The translations under genes and the position numbers were made by a program. Positions 18,345 through 27,248 of a DNA stretch of 62,355 nucleotides are shown here, piece by piece. Position 1 is the stretch's first letter. Each line of letters opens with the position of its first letter. The notes under the pieces were generated by a model. That model worked only from the letters and a program-made list of their open reading frames with translations. It ran no database searches and was not told where the DNA came from. Source of the DNA: Acidimicrobiia bacterium (GTDB lineage Bacteria; Actinomycetota; Acidimicrobiia; Spongiisociales; Spongiisociaceae); contig JBFGLM010000027.1 of the NCBI GenBank assembly GCA_041576165.1, forward strand, positions 1 to 62,355, given 5' to 3'.

Positions 18345-20051
18345 TCACGTCAAGCCGAGAAACTTGGCCATTGCGTCTGCGATGCGACCGGCCTCCGCCA
18401 CGAGCGCCGAATCCTGATCGAACAGTGCCGTCGCCGGATCGCGCTCGGCCCGGATGTCGACGTAGATCTTCAGCTTGGGCTCAGTGCCGCTGGGCCGGAC
18501 CAGCACGCGGGTCCCGTCCTCGAGGGTCAACACAACCAGGGCGGCGGCCGGCAGCCAGCGGGGCCGATCCTCGGCGCCCTGGCGGAAGTCTGTTGAATCG
18601 GTCACCCGCCGCCCGGCGAGCTCGTCGGGGATCTCGTCTGCCAGCAGTTGCATCGCCTGGTCGATCTCTGCCTTCCCGCTGGACCCGGGTCGAACGATGC
18701 TGAGTTGCGTTGAGGACGACAGCCCGTATGCAGCGGCGAGACCCTCCAGGAGGTCCTCGGCCGACCGGCCGCTTGCTTTCGCGTCGGCCATCAGGTCTGC
18801 GAAGACCACGGCGGCGCTGATGCCGTCCTTGTCGCGCACAACAGGTCCGACTGTGTAGCCCAGTGCCTCTTCATAGCCGAACACGAACTGACCAGCGCCA
18901 GCCGCCTCGAGGTCCAGCGCTGCGTTGGCGATCCATTTGAAGCCGGTGAGTGTCGTTTCGAATTGCGCACCATGCGCCTCGGCTATGACCTGCAGCATCG
19001 GGGACGAAACGATCGAGTTGATCACGATTGCCCGGCCGTCGCCCGACCAGCGGCCAAGAATGTAGTGGGCCAACAACTGGCCTATCTGATTGCCGGTCAG
19101 GGCCCGCCATCCCGACTCGGTGGGCACCGCAGCCGCCAACCGGTCGGCGTCCGGGTCGTTGGCGATGACAACGTCCGCCTGCCGGGCGGCAGCCAGGTCG
19201 AGCGCCAGATCGAGAGCTCCCTCTTCTTCGGGGTTGGGAAACGTCACAGTCGGGAAGGTGCCGTCCGGCTCGACCTGTTCGGGGACCGGATGCACGTCTT
19301 CGTAACCGGCCCGCCGCATCGCCGCCCGAACCGACTGCCATCCGACGCCATGGAGCGGCGTGTACACGACCCTGAGCGGGACGTCTCCGCGAGCGGGCGG
19401 GCGCACTGCGTCGACGTCGGTCAGGTACCGCTGGAACAACTCGACGTCGATCGGGGTGGCCAGGCCGGTAGGACCCTCGATGCGGGGAACCTCGTTGGCA
19501 GGCCCGACCTCGTCGATCGCGGCCGCGATGCTGCGGTCAATCGGGGGAACGATCTGGGCCGCATTGGCGTCGTACACCTTGTAGCCGTTGTCGTTTGGCG
19601 GATTGTGACTGGCCGTGATGACGATAGACGCAATGGCACCCACCACCTTCCCGGTGTAGGCCACCACCGGGGTCGGCATCTCCCCCTCCCAGAATCTGAC
19701 CGGGATCCCGGCCGCCGTCAGCACTCCGATCGTGTCCTGCATGAACTGCGGGCTCGACAGCCGGGCGTCGCGGCCGACCACCACCGGCTGGTCGGGTGAG
19801 GCCCCGTAACGGCCAATCAGGTAGTCGGCCAGACCCCGGGTTGTTTTGATCACGACTGCGCGGTTCATGCGATTGGAGCCGGCCTCGACCCGGCCCCGCA
19901 GGCCGGCGGTTCCAAACGCCAGCGTACCGTTCATCCGCTCGGACAGTTCGTCGAGCCGGTCGGCCTCGATCAGAGCGGCCAGCTCGTGGCGGGTCGCTGG
20001 ATCGGGATCGCCGTCGATCCATTCTTTGGCTCGCGTCACAACGTCGGTCAT
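18345..20051 (-). CDS. Phospho-sugar mutase (phosphomannomutase/phosphoglucomutase)
   Basis: FGTAGLRG, ITASHNP..DNGYKVY, FPNPEE, NDPDADR, TLTGFKWI, GYEEALG, DKDG, RPSGTEPKLK. Confidence 0.95.
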   Translation of the reverse strand: MTDVVTRAKEWIDGDPDPATRHELAALIEADRLDELSERMNGTLAFGTAGLRGRVEAGSNRMNRAVVIKTTRGLADYLIGRYGASPDQPVVVGRDARLSSPQFMQDTIGVLTAAGIPVRFWEGEMPTPVVAYTGKVVGAIASIVITASHNPPNDNGYKVYDANAAQIVPPIDRSIAAAIDEVGPANEVPRIEGPTGLATPIDVELFQRYLTDVDAVRPPARGDVPLRVVYTPLHGVGWQSVRAAMRRAGYEDVHPVPEQVEPDGTFPTVTFPNPEEEGALDLALDLAAARQADVVIANDPDADRLAAAVPTESGWRALTGNQIGQLLAHYILGRWSGDGRAIVINSIVSSPMLQVIAEAHGAQFETTLTGFKWIANAALDLEAAGAGQFVFGYEEALGYTVGPVVRDKDGISAAVVFADLMADAKASGRSAEDLLEGLAAAYGLSSSTQLSIVRPGSSGKAEIDQAMQLLADEIPDELAGRRVTDSTDFRQGAEDRPRWLPAAALVVLTLEDGTRVLVRPSGTEPKLKIYVDIRAERDPATALFDQDSALVAEAGRIADAMAKFLGLT

Positions 20052-20163
20052 GAGGCGCCACCCTAGGCCGACCGAGCGCGAGGCGGAAGATCGTGGTCGT
20101 GCCACTGGTGACGGGCCGCCGGAGCTTGCTCTAGAGCGGGCGGCGCCGATACGGTATGGGGCT

Positions 20164-20940
20164 GTGGGCCATCATCGACAGCTCCAGGCCCAGCTTCAGC
20201 GCACCGTCATGACAATGCTCGCGGTCGCTCTGCTGGTCGGTGCCTGGAACGCGACGACCTCCGGGTATTCCGCTGCCGCCCCGACGACGGTGTCTGCCGT
20301 ACCCGTCGAGGGCATCGGGTCGCGCACGGGCAGCCTCCTGGCCTATGCCCAAACCCAACTCGGGGAGGCTGCCACCACCTCGACTGCCACCCCACCGGCC
20401 ACCGCAACCACCACCACTGAACCGGCTTCGCTCCTCGCCGCCTCAGACGAATCGACCCCACCGTCCAGCGCGGCCACTACGACCACCACCGCCCCGACCA
20501 CAACGACCACCACGCCACCCACCACGACCACCCACACCCACGCCACGACCACCACCCACACCCACGCCACGACGACCACCACGACCCCGCCGACGACGAC
20601 TACCCACACCCACGCCACGACGACCACAACCAGCATCTCGATCCCACCGTCACCAGGGCGGCTCAGCGAGGAACAAGCGATCGCGCTGTTCTCGATCTAC
20701 TTCAAGCCCGAAGACGTTGACACGGCGCTGCGTGTGGCGAAATGCGAATCCAACCTCGATCCATCGGCCTGGAACCCCAACGGGCATGGGGGTCTGTTCC
20801 AGCACGCCATATCGGCGTGGGACAGCCGGGCCGAGGCAGCCGGATGGCCCGGTGCCTCCATCTTCGACGCCGAAGCGAACACCGCCGTGTCGGCCTGGCT
20901 GCTCTACAAAGACGGCTGGTGGCACTGGACCTGCTACTGA
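20164..20940 (+). CDS. Secreted lytic transglycosylase (SLT-like) protein with a Thr/His-rich linker
   Basis: Hydrophobic signal/TM segment, poly-Thr linker, C-terminal ALRVAKCES..DP.A.N...GLFQ...W...IFD.EAN...AWL...GW.HW.C; start may be 20209. Confidence 0.8.
   Translation: MGHHRQLQAQLQRTVMTMLAVALLVGAWNATTSGYSAAAPTTVSAVPVEGIGSRTGSLLAYAQTQLGEAATTSTATPPATATTTTEPASLLAASDESTPPSSAATTTTTAPTTTTTTPPTTTTHTHATTTTHTHATTTTTTPPTTTTHTHATTTTTSISIPPSPGRLSEEQAIALFSIYFKPEDVDTALRVAKCESNLDPSAWNPNGHGGLFQHAISAWDSRAEAAGWPGASIFDAEANTAVSAWLLYKDGWWHWTCY
20480..20630 (+). repeat. Low-complexity coding repeat (Thr runs with three THTHA units)
   Basis: ACCCACACCCACGCCAC occurs three times within ACC/ACG runs. Confidence 0.8.
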
Positions 20941-21009
20941 GCCGGGGCCCGGCACCCGGCTGTTCATATCTGATCGGTAGCCTCCGCCCGGACCAATCGG
21001 GAGATAGGC

Positions 21010-22956
21010 ATGGCCGGCAGCAGGCAGAGCATCGAGTGGCACAAGGTGGCGGAACTCGACGAGTTACCGGAGGGCCGGGTGATGACCGTCGCAGCCGGTC
21101 TGTACACCATCTGCCTGACCCGCTACCAGGGCCGGTATGGCGCGCTCGACAACCACTGCACCCACCAGGGCGGACCGCTGGGCGAAGGCTCGATCGAGAA
21201 GGGCTGGCTGCGGTGCCCGTGGCACGGGTACGACTTCAACCCGCTCGACGGCACACCGCCGGGCGGCTTCGACGACGGCGTCCCCACCTACGAGGTCGAA
21301 GAGCGACCGGATGGCATCTACATCGGGGTGCCGCCCGAGCCCCAACACCAGGAGACCGTGTCCGATGTACTCGTCCGGACGATGGTCAACTGGGGCATCG
21401 ATACCGTCTTTGGGATGGTCGGCCACTCCAACCTCGGTTTCGCCGACGCAATGCGCCGGGCCGAGCAACGAGGCGACCTGAAGTACATCGGGATCCGGCA
21501 CGAGGGTGCCGCGTCCTTTGCGGCATCGGCCTACGGCAAGCTCACCGGGCGGCCGGCCGCCTGTTTCGGGATCGCCGGGCCCGGCTCGACCAACCTGCTG
21601 ACCGGGCTGTATGACGCCAAGGTGGACCGGGCGCCGATCCTCGCCATCTCGGGCCAGGTCCCTTCCTCGGTCTTGGGCCGGGGGGCATTCCAGGATCTAC
21701 GGCTGCAGGGTGCGTTTGGGGACGTTGCCGCGTACTCCCGGGTCGTTCTGAATGGCTCTGATCCGGCCGAACTCATGTCTCTCGCCTGCAAAACGGCCAT
21801 CATCGAGCGCGACGTCGGGCACCTGATCCTGCCCGACGAGGTGCAGGTCCTCCCTTGCGACAAGGAACCCACCGGGCCGGAGGGACGGATGCCCGACCGC
21901 ACCGTTCCACCGCCGCCGGCAGCGCTCGCCCAAGCAAAAGACTTGCTGGCCGGAGCCAGCCGGCCGGTGATCGTCGTTGGCCACGGTGCCCGAGCCGACA
22001 TGTCAGAGATCGTTTCGTTGGCAGAGCGGCTCAACGCCCCCGTCCTGACCACGTTCAAGGCCAAGGGCGCCATCTCCGATCACCACCCGTTGGGCGCGGG
22101 TGTCCTGGGCCGCAGCGGGACACCTGTTGCGTCCTGGTTCATGAACGAGTCCGACCTGATGCTGGTGTTCGGCGCGTCCTTTTCGAACCACACCGGCATC
22201 GCAGACTACAAGCCGCTGATTCAAGTGGACCGAGACCCAATGGCTCTCGGACGGTTTCACCCGGTGACGGTGCCGGTGCTGGCGGACGTGGGGGTGGCAG
22301 CTGCGGCCTTGCGGGACGGGCTGGCCGAAGGGCATACGACCATCGACCAGCAGGCAGAGGTGGCCGAACGGTGGCGGATCTGGCGAACGGAGAAGGAGCG
22401 ACGGGTCGCCGACGATCGAGGCAAAGGCCTTCCGGCCGCAGCGGTGTTCGCGGCGATGACCCGCCACGTCGCCCCCGACGCAGTCATATGTGTGGACGTT
22501 GGCAACAACACGTATTCGTTTGGCCGCTACTTCGAGCCGACCGACCAGCAGGTCTTGATGTCGGGGTATCTGGGCTCTATCGGCTACGCGCTTCCGGCGG
22601 CCATGGGAGCGTGGGCCGCGGCGCCCGACCGCCAGATCGTCTCGGTGTCGGGCGACGGCGGCCTCGGTCAGTACCTGGCGGAGGTCACGACGGCAGTCAA
22701 ATACGACATGAACATCACCCATGTTGTCCTGAACAATGGCCAGCTCGGAAAGATCTCCAAGGAGCAACGGGATGCCCATTACGACGTCTGGCACACGTCC
22801 CTGGTCAATCCCGACTTCGCCGCATTCGCGCGGCTGTGCGGAGCTGAGGGTTTCCGGGTGGACAAGACCGAACAGCTCGAGGACGCCCTGCAGTCGGCCC
22901 TCGATCACGACGGGCCGGCGCTGGTAGAGATCACGCAGGACCCGCTGCTGCTGTGA
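21010..22956 (+). CDS. Rieske [2Fe-2S] domain fused to a TPP/FAD pyruvate oxidase / acetolactate synthase-like enzyme
   Basis: CTHQGGPL...RCPWHG (Rieske); IRHEGAA, GPGSTNL.TGLYDAK.D; GDGG...NN TPP motif. Confidence 0.9.
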   Translation: MAGSRQSIEWHKVAELDELPEGRVMTVAAGLYTICLTRYQGRYGALDNHCTHQGGPLGEGSIEKGWLRCPWHGYDFNPLDGTPPGGFDDGVPTYEVEERPDGIYIGVPPEPQHQETVSDVLVRTMVNWGIDTVFGMVGHSNLGFADAMRRAEQRGDLKYIGIRHEGAASFAASAYGKLTGRPAACFGIAGPGSTNLLTGLYDAKVDRAPILAISGQVPSSVLGRGAFQDLRLQGAFGDVAAYSRVVLNGSDPAELMSLACKTAIIERDVGHLILPDEVQVLPCDKEPTGPEGRMPDRTVPPPPAALAQAKDLLAGASRPVIVVGHGARADMSEIVSLAERLNAPVLTTFKAKGAISDHHPLGAGVLGRSGTPVASWFMNESDLMLVFGASFSNHTGIADYKPLIQVDRDPMALGRFHPVTVPVLADVGVAAAALRDGLAEGHTTIDQQAEVAERWRIWRTEKERRVADDRGKGLPAAAVFAAMTRHVAPDAVICVDVGNNTYSFGRYFEPTDQQVLMSGYLGSIGYALPAAMGAWAAAPDRQIVSVSGDGGLGQYLAEVTTAVKYDMNITHVVLNNGQLGKISKEQRDAHYDVWHTSLVNPDFAAFARLCGAEGFRVDKTEQLEDALQSALDHDGPALVEITQDPLLL

Positions 22957-22960
22957 AGGA

Positions 22961-23002
22961 GCGACGATGGCCGGTCCACTGGTGCGGGCCGGCCGTCGTC
23001 GC
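22961..23002. terminator. Long hairpin between convergent genes
   Basis: GCGACGATGGCCGGTCC...GGGCCGGCCGTCGTCGC. Confidence 0.65.
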
Positions 23003-23020
23003 AGGTTCGTCGCTTCTAGG

Positions 23021-23425
23021 TCACGACCAGGCGTAGGTGGTGGCTGATACCTTGCCGTCTTCGGCCACGTCGAACTCGTAAACGACCGAAATGCCGTTCA
23101 GCTTCGACCACGCCTCGACCTGGGTCGAGTAATAGATGGCACCCCGCCACTTGGCGCCCATCCCCTTGCCGGTCGGGATGCCGACACCGTTGCCCACCCA
23201 GGTGGCAACTTCACCGCTCGAACCCATCGACACTCCCTGGCCCACGCCATACATGCTGCCGTCCGGTCGCATCTCAGACGTGTAGGTCGCCATCTCCTGC
23301 GTGTCGACGCCAAGCAGGTGGCCTTCCGCCTGGAACGACACTTCGGCCTTCGGGGTTGGGCTCGTCTCGAGGATCCGAAGTCCTGTCATCTGTCCCGTGA
23401 GTTCTCCGACCTTGTCACCGAGCAT
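23021..23425 (-). CDS. Hypothetical beta-rich protein (134 aa)
   Basis: Strong SD AAGGAGG before ATG; natural-looking sequence MLGDKVGELTG...RPDGSMYG.GQG...WRGAIYY...LNG..VVYEF. Confidence 0.75.
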   Translation of the reverse strand: MLGDKVGELTGQMTGLRILETSPTPKAEVSFQAEGHLLGVDTQEMATYTSEMRPDGSMYGVGQGVSMGSSGEVATWVGNGVGIPTGKGMGAKWRGAIYYSTQVEAWSKLNGISVVYEFDVAEDGKVSATTYAWS

Positions 23426-23603
23426 TGATCTCTCCTCCTTTGAGCGAGATCCTGGATCACTGCCCCGCCGGATGGGTCCTACCTGCGGCGTGAGACGGCT
23501 GAGAACTCCTTTCCGGGGTGAATGTCTCCTCGTCGTTCCCGCGGCGGACTCCGCGGAGTATCGCGCCGCAGCGGCACGCAGTGGAAGATGGTTTCTGCGC
23601 TGC

Positions 23604-23984
23604 TCACGCCTCGGGTCTGTATGTCCCGAAACTCCAGAGGTTTCCCTCACCGTCTCTGGCCGTGTAGAGCCGCCCGCCGTAATCCTGATCTTCGACGGGC
23701 ATCACGATCTCGGCGCCCGCCGCCGCGGCTCGGTCGTGGTGGGCGTCGGCATCATCCACCACGACGTAGATCGACACCGGACCTTGTTTCGAAAACGCGT
23801 CATCCCGGTCGGTCCCCAGCATCACCATGCCGGTCCCGAATGTGAGCTGGGCATGGTCCACCGACCCGTCCTCCCGCTCGTAGACCGCGTTGCGCTCGAA
23901 ACCGAATGCGTTGACCAGCAAGTCGATGGCTGCATGGGTGTCCCGGTAGCGCAGCGCGGGGATGACGGGTGCGATATCGGCCAT
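23604..23984 (-). CDS. VOC (glyoxalase/bleomycin resistance) family protein
   Basis: P.LRYRD..AAID.L..AFGF, HAQL.FG, DAHH.RA.AAGAEI, DQDYGGR.Y.ARD.EGNLWSFGTY. Confidence 0.93.
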   Translation of the reverse strand: MADIAPVIPALRYRDTHAAIDLLVNAFGFERNAVYEREDGSVDHAQLTFGTGMVMLGTDRDDAFSKQGPVSIYVVVDDADAHHDRAAAAGAEIVMPVEDQDYGGRLYTARDGEGNLWSFGTYRPEA

Positions 23985-24127
23985 GCGTGTTCTCCTCGAT
24001 CTCGCTGCCGCCCAAACTACGCGCCGTGGCCTGACAGTGCATTCTGGAGTGGACACCATGTCGCGTAGAATCTGGCTGAATCTGCCCGTCCCAGCGCCGG
24101 ACGCCGCCCACGAATAGGCCCCTACGT

Positions 24128-24799
24128 ATGAGCGACCAGAACACCGATTCGAGCCTCGTGAATCGTGTGCTGACACACACCCGCCAGCGCATCCTCACGG
24201 GCGAATATGCTCCAGGGTCCCGTCTGCGGCTCCATCGTCTCGCCCAAGAATGCGGGGTCAGCTTGATCCCCGTACGCGAAGCGTTGCGGATCCTCGAGGC
24301 CGAACGCTTGGTACAAACCGTGCCGAACAAAGGCGCCACGGTCGCCGGCCTTTCTAGCGCGGATCTCAAGGACCTGTATGCAGTCCGCAAGCAGCTGGAA
24401 GCGGACGCGATCTTGAACTCGCCACCCTTGACCGCCGACGAGAACGACAAGCTGGAGACGATCCTCGAACAGTTGGCGATTGCCAACGAACGTAAGAACG
24501 TCGCGGCCGCCATGCAGTTGCATCGAGAATTCCACTTCTGCCTGTACGAGCGGAGCCGGTCGGAATGGCGGCTCCATCTCATCGAAGTGCTCTGGCATCA
24601 TGCCGAGCGTTACCAATGGCTGTCGCTCGCAGAACGCGAGGATGCGGCCTTTGCCGAACATCACCGGATCCTGGAGGAGCTGCGCAGAGGCCAACGCAAG
24701 CGGGCCGCCACTGCGCTACGCCAGCATCTGGGCACCACCCAGCGGCTCCTCGAAGCGGCCTACTCCGACGAGTCAGTGTTGCGAGCGATCGGGGGATGA
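24128..24799 (+). CDS. GntR family (FCD) transcriptional regulator
   Basis: IL.G.Y.PG.RL...LA...GVS.IPVREAL..LEAE.LV...PNKGA.V; REFH; EH..IL. Confidence 0.93.
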   Translation: MSDQNTDSSLVNRVLTHTRQRILTGEYAPGSRLRLHRLAQECGVSLIPVREALRILEAERLVQTVPNKGATVAGLSSADLKDLYAVRKQLEADAILNSPPLTADENDKLETILEQLAIANERKNVAAAMQLHREFHFCLYERSRSEWRLHLIEVLWHHAERYQWLSLAEREDAAFAEHHRILEELRRGQRKRAATALRQHLGTTQRLLEAAYSDESVLRAIGG

Positions 24800-24845
24800 C
24801 CACGCGACACCGGCCCGCATCTCGACTTCGACCCGTTACCGGCGA

Positions 24846-25661
24846 TCAGCTGCCCAGGAAGTCGAGGATCACCGCAACGGACTGGTCCGGCTGCTCGACG
24901 TAATGGCCGTGGCCGCTGCCCTCGAACACTTCCAGGCGACCGTGCGGCAGATGTTCCGCGACATATCGGGCACCGGCCCCACTCGGGCCCGCATCGAGCG
25001 GGGTCAACACGTCTTCCGAGCCCACCATTATCAGCGTTGGAGCTCGGACACGATCTAGAACGTCGCGCACGTCTGTGTCGATCATGGCCTGGCAGGCGTC
25101 GAGGAAGGTTCCCAAGGGAGCGTTGCGGGCGGTCATGTCCCGCATTTCCGTCAGGACGGCCTCTCCGACCGTGTCGAGGTACGATCGAGAGAACGCATGC
25201 GTGAGCAGCTCGCGCGCAAGCTGTTCGGAGTCCATGCCGTACGCAGTGGCGATCGCCTGCCAGATCCGGAACATGTGAATGCTCATGGCGTCACACTTCG
25301 CAACGGCGCCTGCTCCGAGCAGCAGCTTCTCGACGCGATCGGGAAACCGAACCGCGAAGTCAAGAGCGATGAAGCTGCCCATCGACCCGCCGTGGACGTG
25401 GACCCGGTCCAGCCCAAGCGCATCGAGCAAGCCAACGAGGTCTGCGCTCCAAAGTTCGATGTTGTAGCGAGCATCGGGCCGATCACTCCGGCCATAGCCG
25501 CGATGGTCGTAGTCGAGCACGCGATAGTGCTCGGCCAGCGCAGGTGTCACCGTGGCGTAGCCCTCGTGAGCGCTGACGGCTCCTCCTACCTGTACCACCG
25601 TTTCCCCGCTGCCGCTGAACTGGTACCACAGGTTCACGCCATTCACTGCAATGGTTGGCAC
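24846..25661 (-). CDS. Alpha/beta hydrolase
   Basis: YDHRGYGRS, GGSMGS nucleophile elbow, GSED, GSGH. Confidence 0.9.
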   Translation of the reverse strand: MPTIAVNGVNLWYQFSGSGETVVQVGGAVSAHEGYATVTPALAEHYRVLDYDHRGYGRSDRPDARYNIELWSADLVGLLDALGLDRVHVHGGSMGSFIALDFAVRFPDRVEKLLLGAGAVAKCDAMSIHMFRIWQAIATAYGMDSEQLARELLTHAFSRSYLDTVGEAVLTEMRDMTARNAPLGTFLDACQAMIDTDVRDVLDRVRAPTLIMVGSEDVLTPLDAGPSGAGARYVAEHLPHGRLEVFEGSGHGHYVEQPDQSVAVILDFLGS

Positions 25662-25746
25662 GCTTCACTCCTCTCCGGTGTCGGTGACACCGCGATCAGG
25701 ACGAACGGCTGCGCCAGCCCCGTGGATCCACCTCGCATACTGACCA

Positions 25747-26610
25747 TCACCGCGGCCCGTCGGAGCTCTCCTCCGACGCGGTTCGGGCGGCGATGACGGG
25801 GTTGCTGAGAGTGCCGATCCCCTCGATTTCCAGCGTCACCGTATCCCCCGGTTGCAGGAACTCGGGCGGCTGGCGCGCGAACCCGACGCCACTGGGCGTG
25901 CCGGTGGAGATCACCGTTCCGCGTTGAAGGGTCAGGGACCGCGAAAGATCAGACACGAGCGTGGGCACGTCAAAGATGAGATCTGCGGTGCTCGACGATT
26001 GCTTGAGCTCACCATTCACCCACAGCCGAACCGCGAGCGAATCGGCAGGACCCAGCTCGTCGACAGTCGTCATCCACGGGCCCATCGGTTTGAAGGTGTC
26101 AAACGATTTCGCTCGGCTCCACTGACCCTCTGCCCGCTGAACGTCGCGAGCTGACACATCGTTGACGATCGTGTACCCGGCGACGTGGCGTAATGCGTCC
26201 TCTGGAGCAATATCACGGCCGGGCGTGCCGATGACGATTCCCAGCTCTACTTCCCAGTCGACCTCGCGGCTGAAAGCCGGAAGCTCGATGGGTTGGTCCG
26301 GGTGCGCCACCGCGGACGAGTACAAGGGGAACGATACCGGGGCAGCCGGGATCTCGTTCCCACCCTCCATCGCGTGTTGCCGGTAGTTGAGTCCGATACC
26401 GATGAACTGAGCGGGACCTGGGATCGGCGCCAGCAGCCGAACTTGGTGCAGGGGTGCTATCGACTCGGTGCGCGCGGCCAGCACGACGAGGTCGGCATCA
26501 TCCTTCAAGGCCGGCTCGATGCTCGTACCAGGCTGAACTGCACATGCCGCCCCGTCACGGACAAAGCCCCACGACCGCACTCCGTCGAACTCAAAAAGCG
26601 CGACGTGCAT
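25747..26610 (-). CDS. Fumarylacetoacetate hydrolase family protein
   Basis: IGLNY.QH, VDWEVELG, GYTIVNDVSARD.Q, W..AKSFDTF.P.GP, TGTPSGVG. Confidence 0.93.
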   Translation of the reverse strand: MHVALFEFDGVRSWGFVRDGAACAVQPGTSIEPALKDDADLVVLAARTESIAPLHQVRLLAPIPGPAQFIGIGLNYRQHAMEGGNEIPAAPVSFPLYSSAVAHPDQPIELPAFSREVDWEVELGIVIGTPGRDIAPEDALRHVAGYTIVNDVSARDVQRAEGQWSRAKSFDTFKPMGPWMTTVDELGPADSLAVRLWVNGELKQSSSTADLIFDVPTLVSDLSRSLTLQRGTVISTGTPSGVGFARQPPEFLQPGDTVTLEIEGIGTLSNPVIAARTASEESSDGPR

Positions 26611-26683
26611 CCTCGCTCTCCCGACGGCGCCAGGCGTGGATTGTATATCATTCGGCCGAGCCCGGAAGGTATGGAGGACGCCG

Positions 26684-27067
26684 GTGGAAGCGATTGAGGT
26701 TGACGCAATGTGCCCGCCTCCGGAGCCGTACTCGTACGCAATCAAGGCTGGCGGGGTGATCTACCTCGCCGGACAGGTCTCCCTCGACGCTGCCGGCCAC
26801 GTGGTCGGCGACACCGTGGAAGCGCAGGCCCGCCAGGTCTGGCAAAACATCTCAGATGTGCTCGCAGCGTCCGGCAGCTCCATCGCAGACGTCGTCAAGA
26901 TCACCTACTACATGCAGGACATCCGGGAGATCGCCGAGGAGATCCCGATCCGGCGAGAACTGTTTGCCGGCCGCCCATTTCCTGCCGTGACTGCGGTACA
27001 GGCCGCAGCGCTGGGCTTGCCCGGACTGAAGATGGAGGTGGACGTGATCGCGGTGCCAAATGGCTGA
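26684..27067 (+). CDS. RidA/YjgF family protein
   Basis: PYS.AI, IYLAGQV, Q.RQV..NI..VL, DVVK.T.Y, FPA.TAV....L, EVD.IA. Confidence 0.9.
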   Translation: MEAIEVDAMCPPPEPYSYAIKAGGVIYLAGQVSLDAAGHVVGDTVEAQARQVWQNISDVLAASGSSIADVVKITYYMQDIREIAEEIPIRRELFAGRPFPAVTAVQAAALGLPGLKMEVDVIAVPNG

Positions 27068-27248
27068 TCTTTCGGTCGACGCAGTTCGTGAACTATTGCG
27101 CCGAAGTGGTTTGGACCACACCGTGTTCGATGTGGAAGACGTCACCACCGACCTCAACGCCGCGATCAAGCAGGCGACCGAGCTCGACACGCTCTTGGAA
27201 GGCGGACCGAGCGTGGACCCGAGCGCATTCGCCGTAGATTGGCGATGA
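27060..27248 (+). CDS. Small hypothetical protein translationally coupled to the amidase (possible GatC/AtzG-like partner)
   Basis: 62 aa; overlaps the ridA stop and has an ATGA overlap with the amidase start. Confidence 0.6.
   Translation: MADLSVDAVRELLRRSGLDHTVFDVEDVTTDLNAAIKQATELDTLLEGGPSVDPSAFAVDWR

Noticed and set aside
23426-23603. Riboswitch in the ~180-nt leader of the hypothetical gene
   Set aside because: Some pairing potential but no recognisable glycine, c-di-AMP, TPP, cobalamin or SAM consensus on the coding strand; an Rfam scan would settle it
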